From Thermomicrobiales bacterium (GTDB taxonomy: Bacteria > Chloroflexota > Chloroflexia > Thermomicrobiales > JALYUS01), in the NCBI GenBank assembly GCA_051002645.1, contig JBPCMC010000270.1:1-34227 (forward strand): 34,227 nt of DNA, in the 5' to 3' direction. Below are positions 33,420 through 34,227 of this stretch, piece by piece. Positions within the stretch are counted from its first letter, which is position 1. Each line of letters starts with the position of its first letter. The notes under the pieces were generated by a model. The model ran no database searches, was not told the DNA's origin, and saw only the letters and a list, made by a program, of their open reading frames with translations. The position numbers were made by a program, and so were the translations under genes.

Positions 33420-33803
33420 TCAGCCCTCCGTCAGGGAGTGCCCTGGCGCATGTGGCGTGCGGGCGGTGTCAATATAGGACTGAGGACTAAGGACTGAGGA
33501 CTGAGTAGTAGCCCACCGTCCCTGTTCATCAGTAACAGGAGTCTGGAATCTCGACGCTGCCTGCTGCCTGCTGCCCGCTGCCTGCTGAGTCAAATCCGGC
33601 ACGGGGTCGTAGCCGTGACCGCCCCACGGATTGCAGCGGACGATGCGCCAGACAGCCAGCGCGCCACCGCAGATCACCCCGTACCGTTCAATCGCCTCAT
33701 GCCCGTACTCCGAGCAGGAAGGGACGAAACGACACGAGGGCGGCAAGACACGCGACACGGTGTGTTGGTATAATCGGATCACGGCGAGGGCGAGCCATTT
33801 CAT
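33420..33803 (-). CDS. yidD: Membrane protein insertion efficiency factor YidD with C-terminal extension
   Basis: SCRFVPSCSEY, RIVRCNPW, GYDPVP. Confidence 0.94.
   Translation of the reverse strand: MKWLALAVIRLYQHTVSRVLPPSCRFVPSCSEYGHEAIERYGVICGGALAVWRIVRCNPWGGHGYDPVPDLTQQAAGSRQQAASRFQTPVTDEQGRWATTQSSVLSPQSYIDTARTPHAPGHSLTEG
33476..33587. repeat. Family D heptamer tandem repeats inside yidD
   Basis: (aggactg/a)x4 at 33476-33503; (gctgcct/c)x4 at 33556-33583. Confidence 0.85.
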
Positions 33804-34183
33804 GCCGATTGCGCCTCCTGCGCGGCGGACACGACGGGCGGCACGAGTAACATCGCCCGGCGCAGCAGCGTGCGGACCACCTCACGGACCTCCGCATAGG
33901 TCTGCCCGACGATTGGCGGTCGCGCGATAAAGATCACGTCGAACCCTGACACGAACGGCCCCACGTCTTTCGATAGGGTCCGCACCGATTCGCGCAAGAG
34001 GCGCTTGACGCGGTTCCGCACCACCGCGCCGCCCAGCCGCTTCGAGACGGAGAAGCCGTAGCGATTGTGCGGCAGATTGTTCGGCAGCGCGCAGAGGATA
34101 GCGAACGGGTGCGCCCACGATTTGCCCTGCTTGCGGACGCGGCGAAAATCGGCGTCATAGGTGAGGCGAAGGGCGCGTTCCAT
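33800..34183 (-). CDS. rnpA: Ribonuclease P protein component
   Basis: DFRRVRKQG, RYGFSVSKRLGGAVVRNRVKRLLRE (RNR motif). Confidence 0.95.
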   Translation of the reverse strand: MERALRLTYDADFRRVRKQGKSWAHPFAILCALPNNLPHNRYGFSVSKRLGGAVVRNRVKRLLRESVRTLSKDVGPFVSGFDVIFIARPPIVGQTYAEVREVVRTLLRRAMLLVPPVVSAAQEAQSA

Positions 34184-34205
34184 GGCGGTGCCGGTGCTCC
34201 TCGCC

Positions 34206-34227
34206 CTACTTCTCGCGCACAACCTTG
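34206..34227 (-). CDS. rpmH: Probable C-terminal end of 50S ribosomal protein L34 (partial)
   Basis: Only KVVREK* is visible; the call rests on synteny upstream of rnpA. Confidence 0.45.

Overview
GC-rich bacterial chromosomal segment, most consistent with Chloroflexota/Thermomicrobiales (inferred from F420-dependent enzymes, a tandem ThyX and a monoderm-type YidC). It ends in the conserved rpmH-rnpA-yidD-yidC-jag block. About 35 genes are recognisable: acetyl-CoA synthetase, TrmH methyltransferase, S9 peptidase, a glcD-hicBA-glcE-glnA4-like-SDR-cupin cluster, MFS and ABC transporters, two F420 enzymes, a Ser/Thr kinase, two Nudix hydrolases, two hicBA modules, IscA and PfkB. I see no CRISPR array, tRNA, rRNA or transposase. 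Two things stand out. (1) A gene at ~1319-2260 fuses an excisionase-like HTH, a complete ClpC N-terminal domain with its phospho-arginine pocket residues, and a ribbon-helix-helix. It has 9-bp direct repeats across its promoter and is bracketed by an inverted pair of palindromic repeats, like a cassette. (2) At least four families of short palindromic or tandem repeats (called A-D here) occupy many gene junctions. They supply stop codons, RBSs and terminators, and are even translated as C-terminal tails of an ABC transporter subunit and YidD.
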